NCBI GenBank assembly: GCA_964016885.1
Contig: OZ024764.1
Location: forward strand, 4,774,001-4,838,000
From: Eledone cirrhosa
Taxonomy: Eukaryota
DNA length: 64,000 nucleotides
Direction: 5' to 3'
A program made the translations under genes and the position numbers. Positions 24,459-36,285 of this stretch are shown piece after piece. The notes beneath the pieces are model-generated. The model was given only the letters and a program-made list of their open reading frames with translations, made no database searches and was not told the DNA's origin. The first letter of the stretch is position 1. Each line of letters begins with the position of its first letter.

Positions 24459-25554
24459 GTTAGTTGTTAGGGTTAGGGTTAGTTGCTAGGGTTAGGGTTA
24501 GTTGTTAGGGTTAGGGTTAGTTGTTAAGGTTAGGTTTAGTTGTTAGGGTTAGGGTTAGGGGTTAGGGTTAGTTGTTAAGGTTAGGTTTAGTTGTTAGGGT
24601 TAGGGTTAGGGTTAGTTGTTAGGGTTAGGGTTAGTTGTTAGGGTTAGGATTAGGGTTAGTTGTTAGGGTTAGGGTTAGTGGTTAGGGTTAGTTGTTAGGG
24701 TTAGGGTTAGGATTAGGTTTAGTTGTTAGGGTTAGGGTTAGTTGTTAGGGTGAGTGGTTAGGGTTAGGGTTAGTTGTTAGGGTTAGTTGTTAGTGTTAGG
24801 GTTAGTTGTTGTGGTTAGGGTTAGGGTTAGTTGCTAGGGTTACGGTTAGGGTTAGGGTTAGGGTTAGTTGTTAGGGTTAGTTGTTAGGGTTAGTTGTTAG
24901 GGTTAGGGTTAGTTGTTAGGGTTAGGGTTAGTTGCTAGGGTTAGGGTTAGTTGTTAGGGTTAGTTGTTAAGGTTAGGTTTAGTTGTTAGGGTTAGGGTTA
25001 GTTGTTAGGGTTAGGTTTAGTTGTTAGGGTTAGTTGTTAGGGTTAGTTGTTAGGGTTAGGGTTAGTTGTTAGGGTTAGGGTTAGTTGTTAGGATTAGGGT
25101 TAGTTGTTAGGGTTAGGGTTAGTTGTTAGGGTTAGGGTTAGGGTTAGGATTAGGTTTAGTTGTTAGGGTTAGTTGTTAGGGTTAGGGTTAGTTGTTAGGG
25201 TTAGGGTTAGGGTTAGTTGTTAGTTGTTGTGGTTAGGGTTAGTTGTTAGGGTTAGTTGTTAGGGCTAGGGTTAGTTGTTAGGGTTGTGGTTAGTTGTTAG
25301 GGTTAGGGTTGGGTTAGTTGTTAGGGTTAGTTGTTAGGGTTGTGGTTAGTGGTTAGGGTTAGGGTTAGGGTTGGGTTAGGGTTAGTTGTTAGAGTTAGGG
25401 TTAGGGTTAGTTGTTAGGGTTGTGGTTAGTTGTTAGGGTTAGGGTTAGTTGTTAGGGTTGGGTTAGGGTTAGTTGTTAGGGTTAGGGTTAGGGTTAGGGT
25501 TAGGGTTAGTTGTTAAGGTTAGGGTTAGTTGTTAGGGTTGGGTTAGGGTTAGGG
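24459..25554 (+). repeat. Interstitial telomere-like array of TTAGGG mixed with TTAGTTG
   Basis: 1.1 kb of TTAGGG interspersed with TTAGTTG, TTGTGG and TTGGG variants in a single orientation. Confidence 0.95.
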
Positions 25555-26139
25555 ACGAGCTAAACATACAGAGAATAAAAAAATTGAACAGAGAAGAAAA
25601 ATATTGTGATTTCACTTTACGGATATAAACGACGGGAGGAACTTTAGGCAGGGTTCACCGCTTGCTGAGACGCAAACTTTCACTTTTGACAGACAAAAAC
25701 AAACCTTGCCTGTTATTTTAATATATATTTGATATATATTTATCCTTATCGAGCCCTCTTTGGATTTTAGTCTTCACATTTATTATTATTACTATATACA
25801 CACACACACACACACGATGTATAATTGTTTAGAAATTTAATACAATCTTACAGTTTTTTTTTTATTAAAGCCTGTATTCTAACTAAATTACTGATGTATA
25901 TTTAATATATAGACAGGTAAATATTTCCAAGTGTTTCGCTATTTGCTGCTTTCAACTGTTATGAAGTATTGTACTGAATAAAACTTTTATTACAATTGTA
26001 TAAATTTACAGTAGAATAGCGTAAATATGTTTTAAATATATACATAAATAACATAACAAATGTGTAAATAACATAAATTGGTCGCAATTCCTTGAGGAAG
26101 ACATTACAAATATATTGTCTAAACTGTGTATAATAATAT

Positions 26140-27610
26140 AATAATATAATTTATTGAACAATTAGGATAAAAAAGGAAAAAAACAGTGGGAAATGGCAAT
26201 TTCCCACCAAGTGTGATAATAGGCCACACCTCACACCTTAGGGGTTAACTACACATTTTGAGGCAAGCCAACACACTGGTAGGATTACCTCGGGTGATGG
26301 CGAGGCTAGGGTGCTGAAATAACCAGGGACCCTCACGGGTATCACCTGACACCTCAGTAAGGTGAGGCTAAGGTGCTGAAGTAACCAGGGACCCTCATAA
26401 GTATCACCTGACACCTCAGTAAGGTGAAGTTAAGGTGCTGAAATAACCAGGGACCCTCACGTGTATCACCTGACACCTCAGTAAGGTGAGGCTAAGGTGC
26501 TGAAATAACCAGGGACCCTCACGGGTATCACCTGACACCTCAGTAAGGTGAGGCTAAGGTGCTGAAATAACCAGGGACCCTCACGGGTATCACCTGACAC
26601 CTCAGTAAGGTGAGGCTAAGGTGCTGAAATAACCAGGGACCCTCACGGGTATCACCTGACACCTCAGTAAGGTGAGGCTAAGGTGCTGAAATAACCAGGG
26701 ACCCTCACGGGTATCACCTGACACCTCAGTAAGGTGAGGCTAGGGTGCTGAAATAACCAGGGACCCTCACGGGTATCACCTGACACCTCAGTAAGGTGAG
26801 GCTAAGGTGCTGAAATAACCAGGGACCCTCACGGGTATCACCTGACACCTCAGTAAGGTGAGGCTAAGGTGCTGAAATAACCAGGGACCCTCACGGGTAT
26901 CACCTGACACCTCAGTAAGGTGAGGCTAAGGTGCTGAAATAACCAGGGACCCTCACGGGTATCACCTGACACCTCAGTAAGGTGAGGCTAAGGTGCTGAA
27001 ATAACCAGGGACCCTCACGTGTATCACCTGACACCTCAGTAAGGTGAGGCTAGGGTGCTGAAATAACCAGGGACCCTCACGGGTATCACCTGACACCTCA
27101 GTAAGGTGAGGCTAGGGTGCTGAAATAACCAGGGACCCTCATAAGTATCACCTGACACCTCAGTAAGGCGAGGCTAAGGTGCTGAAATAACCAGGGACCC
27201 TCACGTGTATCACCTGACACCTCAGTAAGGTGAGGCTAAGGTGCTGAAATAACCAGGGACCCTCACGGGTATCACCTGACACCTCAGTAAGGCGAGGCTA
27301 AGGTGCTGAAATAACCAGGGACCCTCATAAGTATCACCTGACACCTCAGTAAGGTGAGGCTAAGGTGCTGAAATAACCAGGGACCCTCATAAGTATCACC
27401 TGACACCTCAGTAAGGTGAGGTGATGGCGAGACTAAGACACTCTGACAGGCATCACCTGAAACCTCAGTAAGGTGAGCCGAGCCGCCAATGACAAGAACT
27501 TCGCTGTCAGCGGCCCAATTCCACCCAACATCTCAACGCCAGAGGCTGGAAAAAACAATTATTTGATAAGTCCTGGTATTTCCGAATTTTATTCCGTTTG
27601 GCAGCGGAAG
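26140..27610 (-). mobile_element. CRE-like non-LTR element 3' fragment with internal tandem expansion
   Basis: Minus strand KYQDLSNNCFFQPLA..EMLGGIGPLTAKFL, LTEVSGDTREGPWLFQHLSL, SLAITRGNPTSVLACLKMCS*; 3' UTR with a 9-bp hairpin (26186-26207) and AATAAA. Confidence 0.75.
26300..27475. repeat. 62-bp satellite, ~18-19 copies
   Basis: Unit GGTGCTGAAATAACCAGGGACCCTCACGGGTATCACCTGACACCTCAGTAAGGTGAGGCTA(A/G). Confidence 0.97.
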
Positions 27611-27961
27611 CAGTGACCCCTTGGTTATAAGCAGTGACCCCTTGGTTATAAGAGTTAAATAAAAATTGTTTGCCCGTCAAACAAACTCCACGTGCAATCT
27701 TTGAGTTTAACGTGCCAACAGCTATAGAAAGATAGAGTGAGAAGAGAAAGGAATGGATTCGAATAGGCTATGTAGCCTGTAAACCCTAAAGGGAAGCAAC
27801 ACACATCGCTATAGCGTTTCACCAACCCAATCTGTTGTCTGTATCTGTTTATGTATTTAGCTGAGTTTAATGTGCCACTTACACTCAAAGTTGTACTTGG
27901 TGAAAGACACATTTTTCAAGTGCAGGTAGGATCTATAGGGGTGGTTGATAGCTTCTGATAC

Positions 27962-28505
27962 CTAGGTTATCAGATTAGCAAGGGAGGAGGGTGTTCCAAG
28001 GACATAGTATCTTGAATAAGAACAGGTTGGAAGAAGTTTAGGGAGCTGCTTCCTCTGTTGACAAAGAAGGGTTTCTCCCTGCGTACGAAAGGACGGTTAT
28101 ATGATGCCTGTGTGAGATGCGCAATGCTGCATGCTAGTGAGACATGGGCAGCAACTGCAGAGGATATGCGACGGCTGGAGAGAAATGAAGCAAGCATGCT
28201 CCGTTGGATGTGCAATGTCAATGTGCATGAACGACCAAGCATAGACGACTTGAGAGAGAAACTGTAGTGTGTGGGAGAGAAGACTGCGATGGTATGGACA
28301 TATGATGCGCATGGAGGATGACCGCTGGGTGAAGAAGTGCCAAGAAATCCCAGTAGAAGGAAGACATGGGCAGAGGTGGTGAGAGCTGACATAAGATCGC
28401 TGAAGCTTACAGAGAAGATGACGAATGGAGAGATGCTGTGCTGAATAGGACCCGTCCAACCCTTGCAAGCAAAGAAAAGCAAACGTAAAATGATGATGAT
28501 CATCA
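27962..28505 (+). mobile_element. RTE family A 5'-truncated, decayed 3' end
   Basis: WKKFRELLPLLTKKGFSLRTKGRLYDACVR...; colinear with 40638-41241; (GAT)n tail. Confidence 0.93.
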
Positions 28506-28849
28506 TTGTTTTACGTCCTATGTTGTATAGAAGAAGAAAGTGTTATATCTACAGTTTATCATCATCGTTTAACATTCAATGTAGTAAAATTTCCCGTTTT
28601 ATTTCTACTTTCTAAATATCTCATAATGTTTCTTTCTTATATTTCAGAACACCAGATAACACCGACATACAGCCATTTTTTACACCAGATTTATCTTTAA
28701 TGTTCATTAGCTTTTTTTTTTTTTTTAATAAAAAAAAAAAACCCAACTAAAAGGTGTTATACAAAAGGGATTTACATAAACCTTGTCTATATAAATCTTT
28801 GGTGAATAACTGTGGAATATTTCTTCTTAAGACAACTGATGACGACTGG

Positions 28850-29120
28850 CTTGTGGGAAATTTGGTAGACAGCAACTGTTTGGAAGCCCATTGGATTGAC
28901 TGTGACTGTAATTCAAAGAGTCAGCCTTTGTCACATTGCATGTTATGCTGAATCTCCTGAGAACTACGTTAATGGTACATGTCTGTGGAATGCTCAGCCA
29001 CTTAAACTATAATACAAGATGGACTGTACCTGGAATTCAAAGAACCAGCTTTGTTACGCTCTAAATCGTGCTGAATCTCCCTGAGAACTACATTAAGGGT
29101 TCATGTGTCTGTGGAATTTC
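28850..29120 (+). repeat. Duplicated fragments of an interspersed (probably SINE-derived) repeat
   Basis: AATTCAAAGA..CAGC.TTTGT.AC...TGCTGAATCTCC(C)TGAGAACTAC.TTAA.GGT..ATG..TCTGTGGAAT present twice. Confidence 0.55.
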
Positions 29121-29556
29121 TTCTGAACTGAGATTAATACTAACATTTTTCAACAATTCTCTTCATATCTTGGCTCCTTTGCTGTATGGAATATGAAGAA
29201 GATGACTTTAAATTCTAATTAAACTTGGACAAATTCACAAAAGGAGATTGCAGCATCTTGAATTATTGCTAAAGATGAGAGCTAATGGAGATATAAGAGT
29301 AGAAATATTTATGTCATTATAGAAATATCTGTTTTTCTTGGTCCACATTGCTGAGAGGGTCATTGGGCAGCAGAGTCCTCAAACACTCCCTTCAATGGGT
29401 CCTGTCAGAAACAACCATCTCTAACTGATACAGCTGGATCTCCAAGCATGACCAGCCAAGCTAAAAAAAAACAAAAAAACAGAAAAGAAAAATATTGAAA
29501 AATGAATTACATAAGAAACTTAAATAATTGATATCACGCCCCATCCCCCCAAAAAG

Positions 29557-31102
29557 ATGTCAAAAGACATGGAAAATCCACTATACCATGGTGATATCTG
29601 TAAAAAGACATTTTCTCAAACTAGCAACTTACCTAAAAAAAAAAGTATTCATTCAGGAGAGAAGCCGTACCACTGTGACATCTGTGGTAAATCATTCTTT
29701 CGAAGAGGTGACTTAACTAAACACAGACGTATCCATACAGGAGAGAAGCCATACCACTGTGATATCTGTGATAAATCATTCTCTGAAATTAGTCACCTAA
29801 CTAGACACAAACGTATCCATACAGGAGAGAAGCCATATCACTGTGATATCTGTGGTAAATCGTTCTCTGGAAGTGGTGTGTTAACTAATCACAAACGGGT
29901 TCATACAGGAGAGAAACCATATCACTGTGATATCTGTTCTAAGCCATTTTCTGTGAGTAGTGACTTAACTAGACATACGTATTCATACAGGAGAGAAACC
30001 TTATCACTGTGATATCTGTGATAAATCTTTCTCTAAAGGTAGTACCTTGAGTACTCACAAACGTGTTCATACAGGAGGGAAACCATATCACTGTGATGTC
30101 TGTGGTAAATCTTTCTCTCAAGGAAGTACCTTAAATACACACAAACGCGTTCATACAGGAGAGAAGCCATATCTCTGTGATGTCTGTGGCAAATCATTCG
30201 CTGGACACGGTGTCTTAACGAAACACAAACGTATTCATACAGGAGAAAAACCATATCACTGTGATATCTGTGGTAAATCATTTTCTAGAAATAATGATTT
30301 CACTACTCACACACGTATTCATACAGGAGAGAAACCATATCAGTGTGATATCTGTTGTAAATCATTTACTAGAATTGATACCTTAACTACTCACAAACGT
30401 ATACATACAGGAGAGAAGCCATATCACTGTGATATTTGTGGTAAATCATTCTCACATGGAAGTCACGTAACTACTCACAAACTTATTCATACTAGAGATA
30501 AGACGTATCTTTGTGATATCTGTGGTAAATCATTCTCTGGAATTACTCAGTTAACTGCTCACAAATGCCTTCATTCAGGAGAGAAGCCATATTGCTGTGC
30601 TGTCTGTGGTAAATCTTTCTTTCAAGCATGTACTTTAAACAGACACAAATATATCCATACAGGAGAGAGGCCATATCATTGTGATGTCTGTGGTAATTCA
30701 TTCTCTTGGAAAAGTACTTTGACTACTCACAAACGTATTCATACAGGAGAGAAGCCATACCATTGTGATATCTGTGATAAATCATTCTCGCAAAATGGTG
30801 AATTAACTACTCATAAACGTATTCACACAGGAGAGAAGCCATATCAGTGTGATATCTGTGATAAGTCATTCTCTCAAAGAAATACCTTAATTGAACATAA
30901 ACGTATTCATACAGGAGAAAAACCATATTACTGCGATGTCTGTGGTAAATCATTCTCTCACAGAAACCCCTTCATTGAACACAAACATATTCATACAGGA
31001 GAGAAGCCCTACCACTGTGATATCTGTGGTAAATCATTCTCTCACAGAAATTATTTAACTACCCACAAAAATATACATACAGGAGACAAGCAATATCCCT
31101 GA
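29557..31102 (+). pseudogene. Tandem C2H2 zinc-finger array (~17 fingers plus one degenerate) with a frameshift at ~29975; pseudogene or consensus error
   Basis: ORFs 29557-30012 and 30047-31102 with [16 protein letters not shown]...H repeats; AGACATACGTATTCAT lacks 2 nt relative to H-K-R-I-H; no KRAB or other effector domain seen. Confidence 0.9.
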
Positions 31103-31617
31103 CATCATCATCATCATTTTACGTCTGCTTTTCCTTGCATGCAATGGTGGGACGGGTCTTATTCAGCACAGCATCTCTCCATTTGTCACGGTCCTTCGTC
31201 ACCTCTGTGAGCTTCAGCGATCTGAGGTTTGCTCTCACCACTCCACCCTTGATTTTAATGGTTTTCCTTCAACTGGGATTTCTTGGCACTTCTTTACCCA
31301 GCAGTCATCCTCCATGCACATCACATGTCCATACCAATGCAGTCTTCTCTCCCACACACTACAACTTATCCCTCTTATACAGTTTCTCTCTCAACTCATC
31401 TATGCTTGGTTATTCACACACATTGACATTGCACATCCAATGGAGCATGCTTGCTTTATTTCTCTCCAGCCATTGCATATCCTTCGCAGTTGCTGCGCAT
31501 GTCTTACTACCATGCAGCATTGCGCATCTCACACAGGCATCGTATAACCAGCCTTTCACTCGTAGGGAGAAACCCTTCTTTGTCAACAGAGAAAGCAGCT
31601 CCCTAAACTTCTTCCAT
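31103..31617 (-). mobile_element. RTE family A 5'-truncated, decayed 3' end
   Basis: WKKFRELLSLLTKKGFSLRVKG.LYDACVR; the (CAT)n tail abuts the ZNF stop codon. Confidence 0.93.
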
Positions 31618-31767
31618 TCATCGTTAGTCATTAAGCATGTATGCATGTTCCTGTAACTCCTGGGGTAGTCAATGGGGCACTGTATTGATATATGGCATTT
31701 CTAGGGCATTGTTAAACCTGGCAGCACCCATATCCCCTCTAGATATTAATCATTATGCTACTTACAA

Positions 31768-31952
31768 GGGCGGTGGATTGGCAGTATCGGTAGAGGGTTG
31801 GACGCCATGCTTTCCAGCATAGTTATGTCCCCTTACGATCTGAGTTCAAATCCCGCCGAGGTTGACTTTGCCTTTCATCCTTACAGGGTCGATAAAATAA
31901 AGTACCAGTAATGCACTGGGTAATTGCTGGCCTTGTGCCTAAAGTAGAAACA
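31768..31952 (+). mobile_element. Full-length tRNA-derived SINE with 16-bp TSD
   Basis: A box TGGCAGTATCGG, B box GAGTTCAAATCC; TSD ATTATGCTACTTACAA at 31752-31767 and 31953-31968. Confidence 0.92.
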
Positions 31953-32014
31953 ATTATGCTACTTACAAATGTATTTATACAAGAGAAAAACTATATTGTG
32001 ATATGTGATAAATC

Positions 32015-32129
32015 TTAGCCTTTAGCGTGCTAGTAATTTTAATGAGTTGTTTCCCTTGGCACTACATTATTTATTAAGGGGAGACTACTCTATGGTGCAA
32101 TGTGTTGCCAACAGCATTCTAAAGGTTAA
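32015..32129. mobile_element. piggyBac-like MITE
   Basis: Ends TTAGCCTTTAGCGTGCT / AGCATTCTAAAGGTTAA (imperfect TIR, TTAA-like termini). Confidence 0.5.
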
Positions 32130-32576
32130 TGCAACCAGTGCACTCTGTTGAGTGGTAATGCTGGTGCTACAATAAAATGTACCCACTGTAAAATAGTTGT
32201 GCAGGTGCAACAACAAAATATGCCTAGTTCACATTGTAAAGTGGTTGTGCTGGTGCCATGATAAAATGCACCCAGCTCTCTACAGTGGTAATGTTGGGAC
32301 CTCAATAAAATGCTTCCAGTTCACTCTGTAAAACGGTTGTGCTGATGTCACCACAAAATGCACCCATTTACACATTGTAAAGTGGTGGTGCTGGAACCCC
32401 AATAAAAGCACCTGTAATTTTAAGCTTATAACTGTCAAAAATATGATAAAGTAGTGATGTATAATGAATATACCAGTAGAGAAGTGTACTTGGGCATGTT
32501 GCAAGTATGTATATAGATGGACCTGAAGCTCCTGTCTAACCCATGTTGCGGTGGAAAGTGGACATTAAGTGATGAT
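32130..32576 (+). mobile_element. Decayed non-autonomous RTE derivative: ~6 tandem leader modules plus RTE tail
   Basis: Repeated GTGCTGGTGC..ATAAAA.GCACCC...CTGTAAA.TGG and tail CCTGTCTAACCCATG..GTGGAAAGTGGACATTAAGTGATGAT. Confidence 0.65.
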
Positions 32577-32699
32577 ATATATATATATGCTTCAATTATA
32601 AAATACACATTTAACATTAAAGAAGAAAACTATTTAACCGGTACAAAAAACGTACTTCTAAAGCAAAGTCTGTTTGATGTTTATTAATTCAAAGCATTC

Positions 32700-35283
32700 A
32701 CATTATTTTATATATCCTATTATATTTTCACAGTAAAGGCTTTACCTCACATATCTCACATAACATTTACATTACTCTATATATACTTTTGTATTTTCAC
32801 AGTAAAGGCTTTACCTCACATATCTCACATAACATTTACATTACTCTATATATACTATTGTATTGTCACAGTAAAGGCTTTACCTCACATAATATCTCAC
32901 ATAACATTTACATTACTCTATATATACTATTGTATTTTCACAGTAAAGGCTTTACCTCACATAACATTTACATTACTCTATATATACTATTGTATTTTCA
33001 CAGTAAAGGCTTTACCTCACATAATATCTCACATAAGATTTACATTACTCTATATATACTATTGTATTTTCACAGTAAAGGCTTTACCTCACATATCTCA
33101 CATAATATTTACATTACTCTATATATCCTATTATATTTTCACAGTAAAGGCTTTACCTCACATAATATCTCACATAACATTTACATTACTCTATATATAC
33201 TATTGTATTTTCACAGTAAAGGCTTTACCTCACATAATATCCCACATAACATTTACATTACTCTATATATACTATTGTATTTTCACAGTAAAGGCTTTAC
33301 CTCACATAATATCTCACATAACATTTACATTACTCTATATATACTATTGTATTGTCACAGTAAAGGCTTTACCTCACATAATATCTCACATAACATTTAC
33401 ATTACTCTATATATACTATTGTATTTTCACAGTAAAGGCTTTACCTCACAACATTTACATTACTCTATATATACTTTTGTATTTTCACAGTAAAGGCTTT
33501 ACCTCACATAACATTTACATTACTCTATATATACTATTATATTTTCACAGTAAAGGCTTTACCTCACATAATATCTCATATAACATTTACATTACTCTAT
33601 ATATACTATTGTATTTTCACAGTAAAGGCTTTACCTCACATAATATCTCACATAACATTTACATTACTCTATATATACTATTGTATTTTCACAGTAAAGG
33701 CTTTACCTCACATAATATCTCACATAACATTTACATTACTATATATATTTTCATGGTAAAGGCTTTACCTCACATAACATTTACATTACTCTATATATAC
33801 TATTGCATTTTCACAGTAAAGGCTTTACCTCACATAACATTTACATTACTCTACATATACTCTATATATAGAAATAGTGGACACCTACCGTTACCTGGGT
33901 GACAAAATCAGCAGTGGTGGAGGGTGCTCTGAAAGTACAGTAGCTAGAGTCAGAACGGGATGGAAAAAGTTCAGAGAGCTTATACCACTATTGGCCGCTA
34001 AAGGGTTCTCTCTAAAAATGAAAGGCAGGCTGTATGATGCCTGCATACGAACAGCAATGTTACATGGCAGTGAGACCTGGGCATTGTGTGCAGAGGATAT
34101 ACGCAGACTGGAGAGGACCGAAGCTTGCATGCTCCGTTGGATGTGTAATAGTAATATACATGAACGGCAAAGCATAAATGAACTAAGGGAGAAATTAGAT
34201 GTTGTTTACTGGAGAGAAGACTACGTTGGTATGGTCACGTGATGCGCATGAAAGACGACAGCTGTATAAAAAAGTGCAGGGCGTTAAAAATAGACGGTAG
34301 CCACGGAGTAGGCAGACCCAGAAAAACCTGGAACGACTTGATAAATTCTGACCTCACAACTTACACCTCTCCATGACAATGTCACTGGACCAAGATCTTT
34401 GGCGCTACACAATAATACAGAAGACCCACCTTGCCTAAGTACAAAGCGAAACCTACAGTCAGTAGGCACCTCTAACAAAAATACACCCCCGCCCAACCAC
34501 CCCCACCACCCCTTTCGATGTAAAGTTATGTTGGTACCACAGCATCTAGTCCGAAATAAATGAGGTCGTATAGGTGTTACGAAAAAAAAAACATCACACA
34601 GTCCACGCTGTAATGTGGCCGTGTAGGTAACACAGTAAAAACCTCCCAGTCCACACTGTAAACGTGGTTGGTGTTAGGAAGGGCATCCAGCCGTAGAAAA
34701 CCCGCCAGACAGTCCTATACGAGCAAGACAACCTATCTTGCCTCAAGTGGGAAAACTCCCGTCCAAACCCATGCTAGCGTGGAATATGGACATTAAATGA
34801 TGATGATGATGATACTATTGTATTTTCACAGTAAAGGCTTTACCTCACATAACATTTACATTACTCTATATATACTATTGTATTTTCACAGTATAGGCTT
34901 TACCTCACATAATATCTCATAACATTTACATTACTCTATATATACTATTGTATTTTCACAGTAAAGGCTTTACCTCACATAACATTTACATTACTCTATA
35001 TATACTATTGTATTTTCACAGTAAAGGCTTTACCTCACATAATATCTCACATAACATTTATATTACTCTATATATACTATTGTATTGTCACAGTAAAGGC
35101 TTTACCTCACATAATATCTCACATAACATTTACATTACTCTATATATACCATTGTATTTTCAAAGTAAAGGCTTTACCTCACATAATATCTCACATAACA
35201 TTTACATTACTCTATATATACTATTGTATTTTCACAGTAAAGGCTTTACCTCACATAATATCACATAACATTTATATTACTCT
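32700..35283. repeat. 60/69/72-bp satellite interrupted by an RTE-B insertion; further remnants at 36200-36288 and 36898-36924
   Basis: Unit TATTTTCACAGTAAAGGCTTTACCTCACATA(ATATCTCACATA)ACATTTACATTACTCTATATATACTATTG. Confidence 0.97.
33867..34813 (+). mobile_element. RTE family B 5'-truncated copy with complete 3' UTR
   Basis: YLGDKISSGGGCSESTVARVRTGWKKFREL; colinear with 52137-53236; (GAT)n tail; inserted in the TATATA run of the satellite. Confidence 0.95.
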
Positions 35284-35284
35284 C

Positions 35285-35671
35285 CTCATCCTCACCGTTT
35301 TACGTCCGTTCTTCCACGCTAGCATGGGTTAGACGGGTTGTCCTGTTGTTGGCAATGTTAGGTCAGTTTACCATGTCTTGCTCATACAGGAACTGATTCT
35401 GGCTTGATTTCTACAGCTGGATGCCCTTCCTAACACCAACCTCATTTACAGTGAGTGCTGGGTGCTTTTTTGCCGTGGCACCTGCACGACCACTTTGCAG
35501 TGGAATGGTAGGGACCCCAGTCCCTATCATCTCATTTCTACAGCTGAGTAAACTGGAGCAATATGAAATAAAGTGTCTTGCTCAAGGAAACAACACATCA
35601 CCCGGTCTGAGAATTAAACTCACAACCTTTCAATTGCAAGCCCAATGCTCTAACCACTAAGCCATGAGCCT
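35285..35671 (-). mobile_element. Composite SINE: tRNA head, CORE-like segment, RTE leader module and RTE tail
   Basis: Minus strand TGGCTTAGTGG (A box), GAGTTTAATTC (B-box-like), CCTTGAGCAAGACACTT, GGTTGGTGTTAGGAAGGGCATCCAGC, CCGTCTAACCCATGCTAGCGTGGAAGAACGGACGTAAAA. Confidence 0.75.
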
Positions 35672-36285
35672 ATATATATATATCAGTAGCAAAGGGTGAC
35701 ATGGAAAGCAGGGCATGCAGTCCATGATGCCAGCCAATTGCCATGGCAGAGTGTGGGGTAGGGGAGCTGCTTTTCTCTCTTTAACCTCACTCCCACTCCT
35801 TCATACATAGAAAATGGAAGAAAATAATTCAGTGATTTTTATTCTTTTTTTTTCACAAAGCCAGCTGGAGCTTTCTCTACTTCAATAATTGTTTACAATT
35901 TATCTAAAGAAATAAAGGAATGAGACATAGAAAAAGATATATATATATGTATGTATCACAAGTACAATGAGGATAGAGAATAATTAATTTGATATTACAC
36001 AAACATTTATCCTGGAAAAAGTAAGGCATGCAGTACATACATAGACATATATATATAGAGAGGGGGGGGGGAGAAGAGAAGGAGAGAGAGATTATAGATA
36101 TTCAGAAATGAGAAGTTGTTCTGTGGCAAAGTAAACAAGAAGAGAGGGAGTGTATACAATAGAGAAAGCCAGAGAGAGAAAGAAAGAGGAAGAGTGAGAT
36201 ACTCTATATATACTATTGTATTTTCACAGTATAGGCTTTACCTCACATAACATTTACATTACTCTATATATACTATTGTATTTTC

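Noticed and set aside
24459-25554. Chromosome end-to-end fusion scar
   Set aside because: No head-to-head TTAGGG/CCCTAA switch; single orientation only
31768-31860. tRNA gene
   Set aside because: A and B boxes are present but there is no cloverleaf; continues into a SINE body and has a TSD
32789-33902. Repeat ORFs (YFHSKGFTSHNISHNIYITLYILL)n with unit lengths 60/69/72, all multiples of three
   Set aside because: Length variants follow from an internal CTCACATA duplication; the frame is broken near 33450; no unique coding flanks
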